Assembly (NCBI GenBank): GCA_002269645.1
Contig: NIVC01001156.1
Location: forward strand, 124,001-188,000
Length of the DNA: 64,000 nt
Direction: 5' to 3'
From: Macrostomum lignano
Taxonomy: Eukaryota
Shown: positions 1-13,155 of the stretch, one piece after another
Numbering within the stretch: the stretch's first letter is position 1
Layout of the letters: each line of letters starts with the position of its first letter
The notes under the pieces: generated by a model
The model's input: only the letters and a program-made list of their open reading frames with translations
The model's database searches: none
What the model was told of the DNA's origin: nothing
Position numbers and translations under genes: made by a program

Positions 1-76
1 TTTTATTATTATTATTCTTGGATACGAGGGAGAAGAGACAGGTAGAGAAAGACGCAGAAGCAGCGAGCGGCCTCAC

Positions 77-386
77 CCTCCAAACAGAAAATCTGCTGCC
101 GCTTCATCAGGCCGGCAAAGAACGCGGCCCCGCACTGGCAGTTGTCAGCTGAGCAGGTGACATTTTCTTGACGCCTCCGAGCTCTGGCAGCGGCGCCACC
201 GGCTGCTGGCCACCAGGACCGGCAGTTTGTCTGCGCCGCGCACGGCTCCGGGCAGAGCGCCGGGCCGGAGCAGTTCAGGCTGGGGCCGCCGCCGCAGCTG
301 CAGCAGCAGATGATGCTGGCGCAGATGATGCCGAAGCAGCACAGAGCCCGCGCCGCGGATGCACCGGTGGGACGGCCTGTCGGCAT
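77..386 (-). CDS. Probable first coding exon of a secreted or membrane Cys-rich protein that continues beyond the left edge
   Basis: ATG at 386; hydrophobic Cys-rich N-terminus (ALCCFGIICASIICCC); RARRR furin-like site followed by C-x3-C-x-C...C; GTGAGG donor immediately after 77 on the minus strand. No family recognised. Confidence 0.35.
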
Positions 387-765
387 TTCTTAGCCTTCGC
401 AGGGAATCGGCAAGATGCGCGGCTGGGGAGCGGAGCTGGCAGTTGAGTCGGGCACTCGCGGCCTGCCATCCTGCCTGCCTACCTGCCTATATGGCACTGG
501 GGGCGGCCGCCTGCCGCAGGATTTGTTGGCACGGGGCCAGCCAATCGGTGACTGCTTGGAATCTGGGAAACAGATTCGGGCATTTGATTTGGCTGCTGTT
601 GAGCTGGCTGGGGGGGTTAAGTTGAGGGCGTGGCATCCATGAGGCATACTGTTGTGCTTAGCGGCCTGTGGGGCCGAAATCAGAGGGTTAGTGCTTGTTC
701 ATTACCCGGGGAACTGCAGGGTTACTGAGGCCGACAGATATACGGAGGGGACCGAATGAATGAGG

Positions 766-1147
<382 letters not shown>

Positions 1148-1686
1148 TGCCCAGCATTAGCTTTCTACTCGCATGACTTTTGGCTCACATGAGCATTAAT
1201 GATTTTGATCCAGCGGTGGCTGCAGAGAGACACGGAGACAGCCCGGACTAAACGGGAACGCAGAGCCAACAAGGGCGAAGCCTCTCAAGCCGAAGCAGAC
1301 GCGATAGCTGCTTCCATTATTGCACTGAAATTAGAGGCCCTGGCTGAGGACAAAGCCGCCCATTGTTCCAACGAAAGTGGAAATGCAAACTGCGCGGTCT
1401 GATGAAGGGGCAGCGGGGAGAGAGCGGGTGGGAAGCCGAGAGAGGTGGCGGAGTAGCGGCAGTCCCGCAGTCTTCGCAAAAGGTAAAAAATAGATCCCAC
1501 TTCCGCAGTGGCTGAGGTGTGAGCTCAGCGTGAGTCGAGCCATGCACCTGATTAGTGCAGATGCGGATCCTAGAACTGATGAGAACTGTTTTTTGTGGGG
1601 AAGGAGGGAGAGGGATGTGCCTGGCAGGGCTTGTGAGCAAGGTGGGCCCAGACTGTCTGGCAAAACTGGTAGGAAAATCTCAGCGG

Positions 1687-2165
1687 GAAAACTTCGCCAT
1701 TGGAAACCGCCATGAGAAACCTTCGCCGTTGAAAACCTTCGCCGTTGAAAACCTTCGCCATGAGAAACCTTCGCCGTTGAAAACCTTCGCCATGAGAAAC
1801 CTTCGCCGTTGAAAACCTTCTCCGTTGAAAACCTTCGCCATGAGAAACCTTCGCCGTTGAAAACCCTCGCCGTGAGAAACCTTCGCCGTGAGAAACCTTC
1901 GCCGTGAGAAACCTTGCCGTGAGAAACCTTGCCGTGAGAAACCTTCCGTCGGAAACCTTCGCCGTGAGAAACCTTGCCGTGAGAAACCATCGCCGTGAGA
2001 AACCTTCGCCGTGAGAAACCTTGCCGTGAGAAACCTTCGCCGTGAGAAACCTTCGCCGTGAGAAACCTTGCCGTGAGAAACCTTCGCCGTGAGAAACCTT
2101 GCCGTGAGAAACCTTCCGTCGGAAACCTTCGCCGTTAGAAACCTTGCCGTGAGAAACCTTCGCCG
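1687..2165. repeat. Minisatellite with 15-17-bp units (GAGAAACCTTCGCCGT and GTTGAAAACCTTCGCC variants)
   Basis: Direct reading; about 30 units, with unit type changing along the array. Confidence 0.93.
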
Positions 2166-2668
2166 CGGTAAAACTCCTGTGGGGGAAATCTCGTGCTCCC
2201 GCATAAACTTAGAAAACTTCCGATATGTTTATTAAATACGAACTTTGTACTGTTCCAGGCAGAGCATCAGAAAAGATGAATGCTAATTTCGTACTGACAA
2301 AAACTCTTCTGTCGATCTAAGCGGAGCGTTGCCGCCCCACGTAAATATTTACATTGAGAACGGGGCGCTCTCAACAATTCCAAGTGCCGATCCATCAAAT
2401 TTTTTTGACTTGGTGAACCTTCCCGGCCGTGCCGGCAGCCTGCTGGGCACTTTTCAACTCCTCGATTTGTTTGGCCAAAAACCCGCTTTCAAAGATCAGG
2501 GGAGTTGCGTGTCCCGTTCAACTGCTGCATTCGCCATCGGCGTGACCACTTCGGCAGCCACTTCTTGATTTTTTCACGCATCTGCTTCCACCTTCGGCCC
2601 AGCCCCAAGTCTCGCTCTGCGTGCTGCATAAAATTTGATTTTTTAGTGCGATCGGCTCAGTACCGTGA

Positions 2669-3040
2669 CACTCACTCACTCACTCACTCACTCACTCACT
2701 CACTCACACACTCACTCACTCACTCACTCACTCACTCACTCACTCACTCACTCACACACTCACTCACTCACTCACTCACTCACTCACTCACTCACACACT
2801 CACACACTCACTCACTCACTCACACACTCACTCACTCACTCACACACTCACTCACTCACTCACTCACTCACTCACTCACTCACTCACTCACTCACTCACT
2901 CACTCACTCACTCACTCACTCACACACTCACACACTCACTCACTCACTCACACACTCACTCACTCACTCACACACTCACACACTCACTCACTCACTCACA
3001 CACTCACTCACTCACTCACTCACTCACTCACTCACTCACT
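2669..3040. repeat. (CACT)n microsatellite
   Basis: Direct reading. Confidence 0.98.
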
Positions 3041-3123
3041 TATTCTATTCTTTCCTCCATGTCCTCTACATGATGGCCAATTTTGATTTCAACGTCCGAT
3101 ATCTTCTATATCGACCTGACATA

Positions 3124-4405
<1,282 letters not shown>

Positions 4406-4799
4406 TGGCGTATGCGCACAAGATGAGGTAAACGGATGTAACTTATGCTTGCCTGATCGGCATAAGCATATCGATTTTTTTTTTGGATTTCATCTGTTGC
4501 AAAAAAGTGAATAAAGCTGAGGGCCGTCAATCAGCTAGTAAAGAAAATCAGAATTAGAGCACTCACTGAGAGGTTTGCCATACCTCATAATACATATATT
4601 TAACTGAACACCTCTCTCTCTGACGCAACAACCCCACCATGTTCAATGAGGGGCGGTGGACGCCAGGCGTACACTTAACGGCACTCCACAAAGAAGGTGC
4701 AGGCAGGCAGGAACACAACTAATCATAAAATCCCCCTACATGCAATGATGCTTCATCATTGCAGCACTTGAAAAACATTGATGTTCGGAAAAGAAACTC

Positions 4800-7560
4800 A
4801 CTATGACCCCCCAATAATAGTTAAACGAAACGAATCGCACAAACAACGAAACGCAGCTAAACTGCAACACAGATTGATAAATCATGCCAGCTAGCATGGA
4901 ATTCAAGCATCTCCTGGGTCCGCGGCCTGGCCTTTGCACGACTCGAGACCTTGACGATCTCACTGCTCAGTCTCGTCCCGGATACACCGCCTCCAAAATG
5001 CCAGTAAACCAGGTGAGCCTCGATGGCCAGCTTCGCCTTTCGCCAGGACGATGTCGCCGACCGTCGCCTCTCGGATCACGCCGAGCAGATTTTCGCACAG
5101 TTTGTCAGATATTGCCGCTCCCAACAGTTCCGGAAGGAGTGAAGTCTGACGCGCATTTGCATTAGCAGTTTTGGCAACGGTAGCAGAAGATCCGAGGCAG
5201 ACAGAAGAAGGTTGCGCCGTAAGCCGCTGTAACAACAGAAAGGGTGCTGGTGTCAGAATTTCTTCCTTGTGATCAGCATCCACGTAGAGCAAAGGGCGGC
5301 TGTTGAGCACCGCCTCCACCTCCATTTGTACTGTTCGTCCAATGTAGGACTTGCATTCAGAAGGGTCTTGCGCAGCTTGATTTCCTTAATCAATTGCTTC
5401 CAGAAGCCTCCTTGCCAGGGTGCGCACTCGATGATGGACTTCTACGTGATCGTTCATGTCAAGCAGAACTCCTGGACTTTTTGACTCTCCGATGCTTGCA
5501 AAATCCGCGCGGCTTTGGCAAATGTCTTAGAATTATCGCTGATAAGACTAGAGATGCCTCTCCTCGCACGAATCTCCATAGGACTCTCAGGCAGGTCTCG
5601 GTTGTTAAATCCTTCAACAGTTCCAGATGAAGCGCTCGCGTTGCTGCGCAGGTGAACACCAAGATCTAGCCCTTCTCGACGGCAGTATCTTCTCTCAGCT
5701 TGACCGGATCTCAGAAGTCAAGTCCGCTCCACTCGAACGCACTCGAACTGGTCAGCTCCTATGAGGATGTTGATCTCTGGATGCTGCTCGCTGCCGATGT
5801 CCCAGTCTGTCAGATCCAGATGTGGGAAGTGATCGCTGCGCAAGCTGTTGACAACGAGCTGATGAGAGCAGATGTATGGTACTGTGTAATGCGTAATGTG
5901 AAACGGTTGACTAGCTTACGAATTTGGAACTCGACCTCCGTTTATAGGACCTTAGGCTGTGTGCCTCCGAATTTCGTTACTTTCATTGTGTCTTAGCCGA
6001 TCACACTAAATTCCGCTCAGCTACGCCCGACATAATGAACGAACGGTTACTCACAGAGTCGAAGAGACTTCTAACCCCTATTTCACTGCTGCCACCTCGT
6101 GAAATCAGCATAGCTCCAGCAGTAGGACAAATCACTGTCTGGCCTTGGTAACCATCGCCATAGTCTTCACTTCGTGAATTTTGACACCCTGCGCGGCCGA
6201 CTGTTCGGGTTCTTCTTTCCTAAACCCACCGTATCGATGATGCATCAAGGAATCTTGTCTGCCGGCCGTTGCTGTAGCTGTTCCACTCGGGTAGAGCAGA
6301 CTGGGATGATGCTTCAACTTGTAGAAGCCACTCTACTTCTTTTGATAGCAAGTCGTGGGGGCTTGACCTTTGGTTTGAGGCAACTGAAGCAGTGTCTCTG
6401 TTCTTTTAAGAATCGAAACTTAGTGGACACATCCACCAGTAGATCCCAACTTTTTGGAGTATGTTCAGCATCACAGTAAGGACACATGTTTCTGACTTTG
6501 GCGACCTTCGTAGCCTTAGGCTGCACAGCAGATACCGCGGATTCCTTTGTTTTCCTGTGTTGAACTCTCGCTCCGAGAGCAGCTTCCTCCTCAAATAGGA
6601 TTTCTAGATCAAGGTCAAGGCATTGAGGAATTTTTTAATCAACACTAGGCCGCTTCAATTTGTCACCTGTTATTGACTGCTACCATGGGAAGAGCGTATG
6701 GAAACTATCCTGGCAGTTCTAAGCATCTCACTTCCGGCAAGTTCGTCAGCAAGTTGAACAGCAAGATGGTCTCGTATGAAGAAACATCACCCCGAGATTC
6801 TCCAGGCTGCAGACATTGCCACTGACTTGATCGTAGAAGTTTCTCAGGTGGTGGACCGAAGCACCTAAGCAGATCATCGTGGAGAACTTCGCCAGATTAT
6901 CGCGCACGGCTCCACTCCGGGATCCAAACCGTCGTTGCAGGTTATCGCAATCTTGTAGTTCCCGGCCGTGATGTTAAGGCCAGCGATCGAATTCTTGACT
7001 TCTCCTGAAAGGCACGATTGCAGGTAGCTGAACTTGTCAACAACGCTGAGGCTCGAGTTGTCGTGGTTGCTGGAACTGAAGCGGTCCCAGAATGGAGTCC
7101 ATTGAGTCCGATCTCCACTGAATGCTGGTGGCGCCAGTACGAGTATAGGCAGCCTGATGGCCAGCGTAGTCGCCAAAGCAGCACTCTCTCGCGGTGGCGT
7201 TGATGGCGTGGTCTCCTTCGATTCCTGTTGCTTCATTGCTTGCATGCGGCTTTCTCACTCCTGAAGAATCTGTAGTCGCTCGGCGAGACTTGAAATCATC
7301 TTTCCAGCCAGCAACTCGAACTCCATCGTCTTCTTCACATACTCTTGGAGTGCATTCTCGACGAGCTCAACGGACAGTTCTTCTTCCACTGCCAGCAGCT
7401 GTTGCTTCTTGAGGCACAGTGCTTTCAGTTTGCTTTCGATATCTTCCTCAGCAGCCTATGGCTCGAGCTGGTCTTGGCCTTTCTGGGCCAATCTGGTGAC
7501 ATTCGCTCACAATACTCCACGCTTTCTGGAGTCCATGCTAGGCTGACGAGAAACCGCTTT
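4800..7560 (-). mobile_element. Degenerate, internally deleted BEL/Pao LTR retrotransposon (Gag, protease, then integrase core; RT and RNase H absent)
   Basis: Gag ATG at 7536; DUF1759-like PPAFSGDRTQWTPFWDRF...LSVVDKFSYLQSCL; Cys knuckles CPYCDAEH and CFSCLKP; protease LFDSVSNRSFI and NILIGAD; integrase GLDF...LVFTCAATRALHLEL and EVEAVLNSRPL. Many stops and frameshifts; no LTR pair found; boundaries approximate. Confidence 0.88.
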
Positions 7561-7700
7561 GTCACTGTAGGACTCTATCGCTCTATACCTTCACTTTATT
7601 GTGATTTTAGTTCAGGCACTATCCATGACATCAACACTTACATGTCTAGGAAAGCATAAGATTATGATATATTTATAACTATCATTTAAAATTTATCCAG

Positions 7701-9085
7701 GCAATCAGCCAGCCCATTCGGACCGAGCTACCGGTGCGCGACCCGCGGCAGACTTTTGCACCGCATTTCCATGTTGCTGCTTTCCCGAGCCAGCTGATTT
7801 CCTAGGCAGACTGCCGCCAAATATTTGCGACGAGTTAAGCAAAGAAACCGAAATTCACCTGGTTGTCGCTACCCGGCCAGGACACAAAAATGAGTACAGG
7901 GCTAGTTACAGTTTTCTCGAGAAACGATTTATTCGCACGTTTAACGATACACAGGGACGGCTATTTGTCCTGCTTAAGTACCTTATTAAGAAAGTGATGG
8001 CAAAAAAGCTGGGAGTTGCAGGTCTAAAGTCCTATCACGCCAAGACGTTAACCTTCTTTATGATTGGTCGCGAGGACGAGTCCATCTGGTCTAGCGAAAA
8101 CTTGTTTCACTTGACAGAAAAATCCATGGATTTACTGGTGGAACTTCTCGATTCCATTGAACGCCCGGATGTACTGATGCCACACTTCTTTTTGAAGGAC
8201 GGGCCGTTGTTTATTAAAGGTGCGGACTCAGAGGGACACCGTAAGCAGCAGATTCGGCGAGCAGCTATCGAGATGAGGCAGAACTTACAGCTGCATCTGC
8301 AAAGTTATGTAAGATCCGTGCTAAAGCCACTGGATTCCGATAATTTCTACTTCCATCCTTTCTTGCTGTCGGAGATTGGTATAGAGACAGTCAAACCGGA
8401 CGACATTGCAAAGTACCACAGGCTGTACGACTACATTTATGTCACGCTAATGGAGCTGGTGGAACAGGACTTGCCGCTTGAGCAGTATCTGAGAGACATC
8501 GCTAGAATTCCGGATCACGCATACAGTGCTAGGGTTTGCCTGACAGCTTTGGCTTTGTGGAAGTTTGGGAAACACGACTCTGTAACGGAAGTTCTAAAAG
8601 ATTCACTGGAGCATCAAGCATCTCGCTTCGTGCCATTCACTGTCTGTTCAGATGCCCAAGAGGCCAAGTTATTGATCTGGCAGCATTTGCAAGAGACTGA
8701 TGCCGCGTGGCGCTTTGTTTTCGCAGCCAAGACTCTCCCAGTGTTCACCTTCCTGCCCGACAGACTGCGACGACTCTTTCCTGCCGAGATGCCCGACTTC
8801 AAGCTTTTTTTCTACATGAACTTCAATGCTCTGCTGAAATGCCTGAGCGCTGTTGCCCTGCCAAACCTATTTTCAGTTTCAGACTGGTTCTCTGAACTTC
8901 AGCTTGATCCTGACTTTGAGGAGCTGTACGCCTTTTGCGAGTTCTGCCGGGATCCGAAGGCACTGAGAGCAGCACACAGGAGGATGTGTCAAGTCGTTCG
9001 CAAGCCGATTCACCCTCTGGAGAAAGCGAAGTTAGAGCTGGTTGAGAAGCGATGCTCTGAGTTGCAAGCTAAACAACGCGAATGA
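7701..9085 (+). CDS. 3' exon of a Mab-21/cGAS-like receptor (cGLR) nucleotidyltransferase with a long helical C-terminal extension
   Basis: The frame is open from acceptor ATTTATCCAG|7701, well upstream of the tracked ORF at 7994. It reads ADFCTAFPC..FPEPADFLGR...IHLVVA...EYRASYSFLEKRF...QGRLFVLLKYL...LKSYHAKTL..W...MPHFFL, matching the Mab-21 motif series (DhVPA, WP..A..W..R, HLV, WRhSFS.hE, LLK, SYHhKT, PHYF). The N-terminal GS/DxD exon was not found. Confidence 0.8.
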
Positions 9086-10682
9086 AATTAAAATAATTGG
9101 ATTTGGTGAATTTAGTGGTTATTGCATTCAAGAGTAGTAAAATATTTTCGCTTTCAAATCAATCCATCATATCAAACATTAAGCTTTTGCCCCTCGTTAC
9201 CTTTAAGGAAGTCGAATTGTTTCAAATATAGCATTTTGCAAGCTAGTAAAGACTACGAGAAAGCAATTTAATGCAAGATAGCAAAAACGCATGCATTTTG
9301 AGCCTCACTGCTAGTTGTCAAGTATGGTAAAAAAGGTGTGTCAAACCGGCAGGCTACATTAAGATGCTTACGGCCCTCTGTTCAAAATTACCTTTTAATA
9401 TACCGCTTAAATTTGTATTACACTTACACTTAATCGTTCTAATTTAATAAGATTTTGTATCCACACCACCAAACTTGTGACCACGTGAGGATGAAACGCA
9501 CGGTTACACAACAGGAACAAAATTTAAAATTAAAACAGCGCATAAGTTAAAGTGCAGAGTTCGACGTGTGTTAGAGCGAATTTTCTGTTCCTAACAAGAG
9601 ACTTCAGTCAATTAATGTAATTGTTCGCGTGTGCTTTTGTTCCAAAATGCAGTTTGTTAATTTTTTGAAACACCCTTAAATTTAATGTTAACCTCAGACC
9701 TCTAAATAATATCTATGCGAACAAGAAAATAGATTATGAATGGATTTTTAGACATACAGCAATCTCGTATGCGTTATCGTTTGTAGTGCATCCACTGTCC
9801 ATGCAAATATTGGATGCACTAAAACTATAAAGTTTGATTTCGTGTATGCAATTTTTTTTGTTTTATTGATTGTGATTTCGAATTGAAGCGTAAATTCAAT
9901 TTTTACCTGCTTGTGAATGACTGATGAATATTTCGTAGCTTCTTCTAGTACTCTAGTTTTTTGGTTGGTTGAATCTGAAACGGTCCTAAGTGAGCTTTTT
10001 TAAAAAAAGTATGCTATATACTATACAATAATATATGTACATTAAAGTATCAATAGTACGCTACTGGCATGCTGCAAATATGTAAAATTAAAATGCGAGT
10101 AGCTTTGAAAGTTCAGAGCGTCATTATATTTGATTTTGCAATTGCTTAAACTGATTAATACGCCGAGCATTATGGGCCTGCATCAGTAATGCGCCCGCTC
10201 GAATTCGCTAAATACGATTGTATAAGCCCTAATCATTATCACATTGGAATTCTAGGACTTTATTCTCTCAGCTCATTTATTTATTGTGGCATTCAACTGA
10301 ACTAATTACCGGTACCCCCAAAATTCAATACACATTTTGGAAGCCATAGCTACAAAGCTAGTTTTCTTCTCAAGTCATGCGGCTTAAGCCTGGTTCACAT
10401 TTCCGCAAATAGCTGACGCTCACAGCTAATAGCTGATTTTCAGAAATCTACTAGCTCAGCGCGACCACTACTAGCGGGTGCTACTATCGGCCTCAAATAG
10501 ATGCATCGCCATGCAGTTCAATTTAACCCGCGAAGATAATAGGCAATATTTGACCCTTGGCCACTGTTACGAGTATATAAAGTAATTCAGTTTAGTGCTA
10601 GCCCTATCTGTGCTTCGTACAGGGCGTTTTCAATCTAAGAAATCTTGACCAGAAAGCCGTGACCAGCTTTCAGATTTCAAAC

Positions 10683-11969
10683 ATGCTTTCACGAGCCAAG
10701 AAGCTACTGCTACTGGCAATCGTAACGATACTGCAACATCGTAGGCTGATCAGGCAAGGCCGCCGCCCTAGGCGATGGTGGCGGAGACCGAGTCATCAAC
10801 GAAGAGAAGAGCTTGGCGAGTTTGCCGGATTGATCCCACATCTGCGAGATAGAGACTCGGAGATGTACTTCAAGTATATGCGCATGCGCCCGGCTCGGTT
10901 TGAGCATCTGCTTTCACTGGTTGCAACCAAACTCTCCAGGCCATGTGCAAGAAGAGAGGCCGTTCCGGCAGAGGAGAAGCTAATGATGACGCTTTGCTAC
11001 CTGGCTTCGGGTTGCAGCCAAGCCGACTTGTCGTTTCGATTTGGCCGAGGACGCTCTACTGTGTCAGGGGTCGTGTTCGAGACTGCGATTGCCATCTACG
11101 ACAAGCTGGCGTCAACATATCTAAAGTTTCCTGCATCTGCAGAAGAATGGAAAGCAATCGCTGGTGGATTCTGGGAAAAGTGGCATTTTCCGAACTGCCT
11201 CGGTGCAATTGACGGCAACCATTTCAAGGTTCATTTTCCAAGAAACACCGGCTCCCAGTACTTCAATTACAAGCAACAGTTCAGCTCACTGGTACTCGCC
11301 ATGTGGGACAGTAACTACATCTTCACGTACATAGAGAGTGGCAGCGCAGGGAGAGAAGGAGACGCTGGAGTCTTCTCACGTTCAGCCTTGTACGCTGGAT
11401 TGGAGTCTGGATCGGTGAAAGTCCCGGAGCCTTCCTGCATTTCTGGCAGCAGCCTCGTCATGCCATTTGCAATTGTCGGTGATGAGGCTTTCCCGCTGAA
11501 GAATTATCTCATGCGCCCATTCCCTGGGCGCGGCGGAATGGTACCATTGGACTACAAGACGCAAGTGTTCAACTACCGGCTGTCTCGAGCAAGACGCACA
11601 ATTGAGAATGCGTTTGGAATCCTGGTGACTCGCTGGCGACTCTTCCTGCGGCCTGTCATAGCGAGAATCGATCACGTTGAGGCCTTTATTCGGTGCGCAT
11701 TCGTACTGCATAACTTCATGCGAATAGAGGACGAGGCCAACATTACAGCAGCTCGGTCCTACATGCCACCTGGAAGTGTTGACCAGGAACTGCCCACCGG
11801 CCAGGTACAGGAGGGTTCATGGAGATCCACCGTGACAGACAGCGTCGGGGTAATGCCAGCCCGGAATCTGGGTGGAAATCGAAGCAGCGCCTCCGCTCGG
11901 GAGCAACAGATGCTGCTGAGGGACTTCTTCGTCAGCCCAATGGTGCCATTCCATGGCAGAGCGCAATGA
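10683..11969 (+). CDS. Harbinger DDE transposase (HARBI1/ALP1-like)
   Basis: Uninterrupted ORF from the first ATG at 10683; motifs WHFPNCLGAIDGNH, YFNYK, IVGDEAFPL, FNYRLSRARRTIENAFGIL, LHNF. Confidence 0.95.
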   Translation: MLSRAKKLLLLAIVTILQHRRLIRQGRRPRRWWRRPSHQRREELGEFAGLIPHLRDRDSEMYFKYMRMRPARFEHLLSLVATKLSRPCARREAVPAEEKLMMTLCYLASGCSQADLSFRFGRGRSTVSGVVFETAIAIYDKLASTYLKFPASAEEWKAIAGGFWEKWHFPNCLGAIDGNHFKVHFPRNTGSQYFNYKQQFSSLVLAMWDSNYIFTYIESGSAGREGDAGVFSRSALYAGLESGSVKVPEPSCISGSSLVMPFAIVGDEAFPLKNYLMRPFPGRGGMVPLDYKTQVFNYRLSRARRTIENAFGILVTRWRLFLRPVIARIDHVEAFIRCAFVLHNFMRIEDEANITAARSYMPPGSVDQELPTGQVQEGSWRSTVTDSVGVMPARNLGGNRSSASAREQQMLLRDFFVSPMVPFHGRAQ

Positions 11970-12327
11970 TACATGTACCTACTGATGATAATCGATAATA
12001 CTGTTGATGAATCATTAATTTATTCCGCATGTTTATTTCGCATACAGAACGTGAATTTATGAGCTAATTTTGTGGAAATTTCAAACAAGGCGGCGAGAAA
12101 GTACAATGCTGCAGCAGAAAGTAATCCAAACTCGTAAATAAATTGACAAGACTGTGGAGACAATATTTTCAACATATTCATTTATGATTTCATTATATTT
12201 TCTGTCTCTCTCGATCTCTGCACTTGCTCTCTGACACGCACAATGCAATCTGGTCATGAAAAAAGGAAAAAATATTTGCTTCTAGTTAGCAAAATATTGC
12301 ACTCTATCGCTTTTATCTCACGCACTT

Positions 12328-13155
12328 CTAGGAGTCATTGGGAGGTGTGACCGTGGATATGATGGAGCTGAGCATGTCGTCGAAGGAAACTGATCCAGCA
12401 GCGGCATCAGCGGCAGGCTCAGTTCGGATGGCAACGCTTCGGGGCAGGCCGTGGAGTTGGATTGTGAACAACTCGCTCCGCAGGTGCGCCATGGCATAGT
12501 CGCGCTCAATTTGCGTTGGAAGCCGACGGATGGCCTGTCCAATTGCTTGGCCAAAGGAGGCATATTCGTCCTCATCTTTTGTCAGTTGCTGGGTCAACTG
12601 GCTGAGGGCAGTATCCAGCTTTGATGCTTCTGTTGCAGTTGCCTTTCTGGCCTTCCTTGGCGCACTTTCCGCAAACTCTCGCATTGACGCCTCACTGGGG
12701 TCAGTTGTTGCAGCCTGTGCCTCTGCTCGACTGGACTGTTGCGCCTCATCATTGACCGAGATTGCCTGCTGAGAGGGTCCAGCAGATCCCACAGCTACAA
12801 GTTCTGGTGTGGGCGGAGGCACATTTGAGGTAGTATCGCCAATGTAGTCACACTTGTCCAGGAAGTTCATGCGACTGTATATTCCCAACCGCCTGGGAGT
12901 AGGCTTGACCGCACTCCCACTCGGAAGCTTGCTTCCACGCCGGAAAACAAAGTAGTCACGCTTGAGACCTTGAAACCGCTTGAGGCACCAAGTTGCATCC
13001 TTGCCCAAAGTCTCAGCGATCTGATTCCATGCGCTGGTTTTCGCCTGCTGATCCTTGAATTTTCGGCTTGAGATGTTGTAGACAACTTCATGTTTGGCAA
13101 CTTCATCTATCAGAGTTGCATCCAACTCCGGAGTCTCGTGTGACAAGTCGGACAT
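12328..13155 (-). CDS. Harbinger MADF/Myb-SANT DNA-binding partner protein
   Basis: Intact 275-aa ORF; LIDEVAKHEVVYN...KTSAWNQIAETLG...CLKRFQGLKRDY MADF pattern; C-terminal DEDEYASFGQAIG..IRRL; lies inside the TIRs. Confidence 0.92.
   Translation of the reverse strand: MSDLSHETPELDATLIDEVAKHEVVYNISSRKFKDQQAKTSAWNQIAETLGKDATWCLKRFQGLKRDYFVFRRGSKLPSGSAVKPTPRRLGIYSRMNFLDKCDYIGDTTSNVPPPTPELVAVGSAGPSQQAISVNDEAQQSSRAEAQAATTDPSEASMREFAESAPRKARKATATEASKLDTALSQLTQQLTKDEDEYASFGQAIGQAIRRLPTQIERDYAMAHLRSELFTIQLHGLPRSVAIRTEPAADAAAGSVSFDDMLSSIISTVTPPNDS

Noticed and set aside
3065-3112. Minus-strand peptide RYRRYRTLKSKLAIM* resembling the FAM13 C-terminus
   Set aside because: Very short, wedged between microsatellites, no other FAM13 exons nearby; probably chance coiled-coil similarity
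4437-4740. Possible 3' LTR of the BEL element (TGTAGGGGGA start on the minus strand)
   Set aside because: No second copy near the Gag start and no clear PBS, so it cannot be confirmed as an LTR
9784-9821. 11-bp-arm hairpin TAGTGCATCCA...TGGATGCACTA
   Set aside because: Short and isolated; no TSD or other supporting structure
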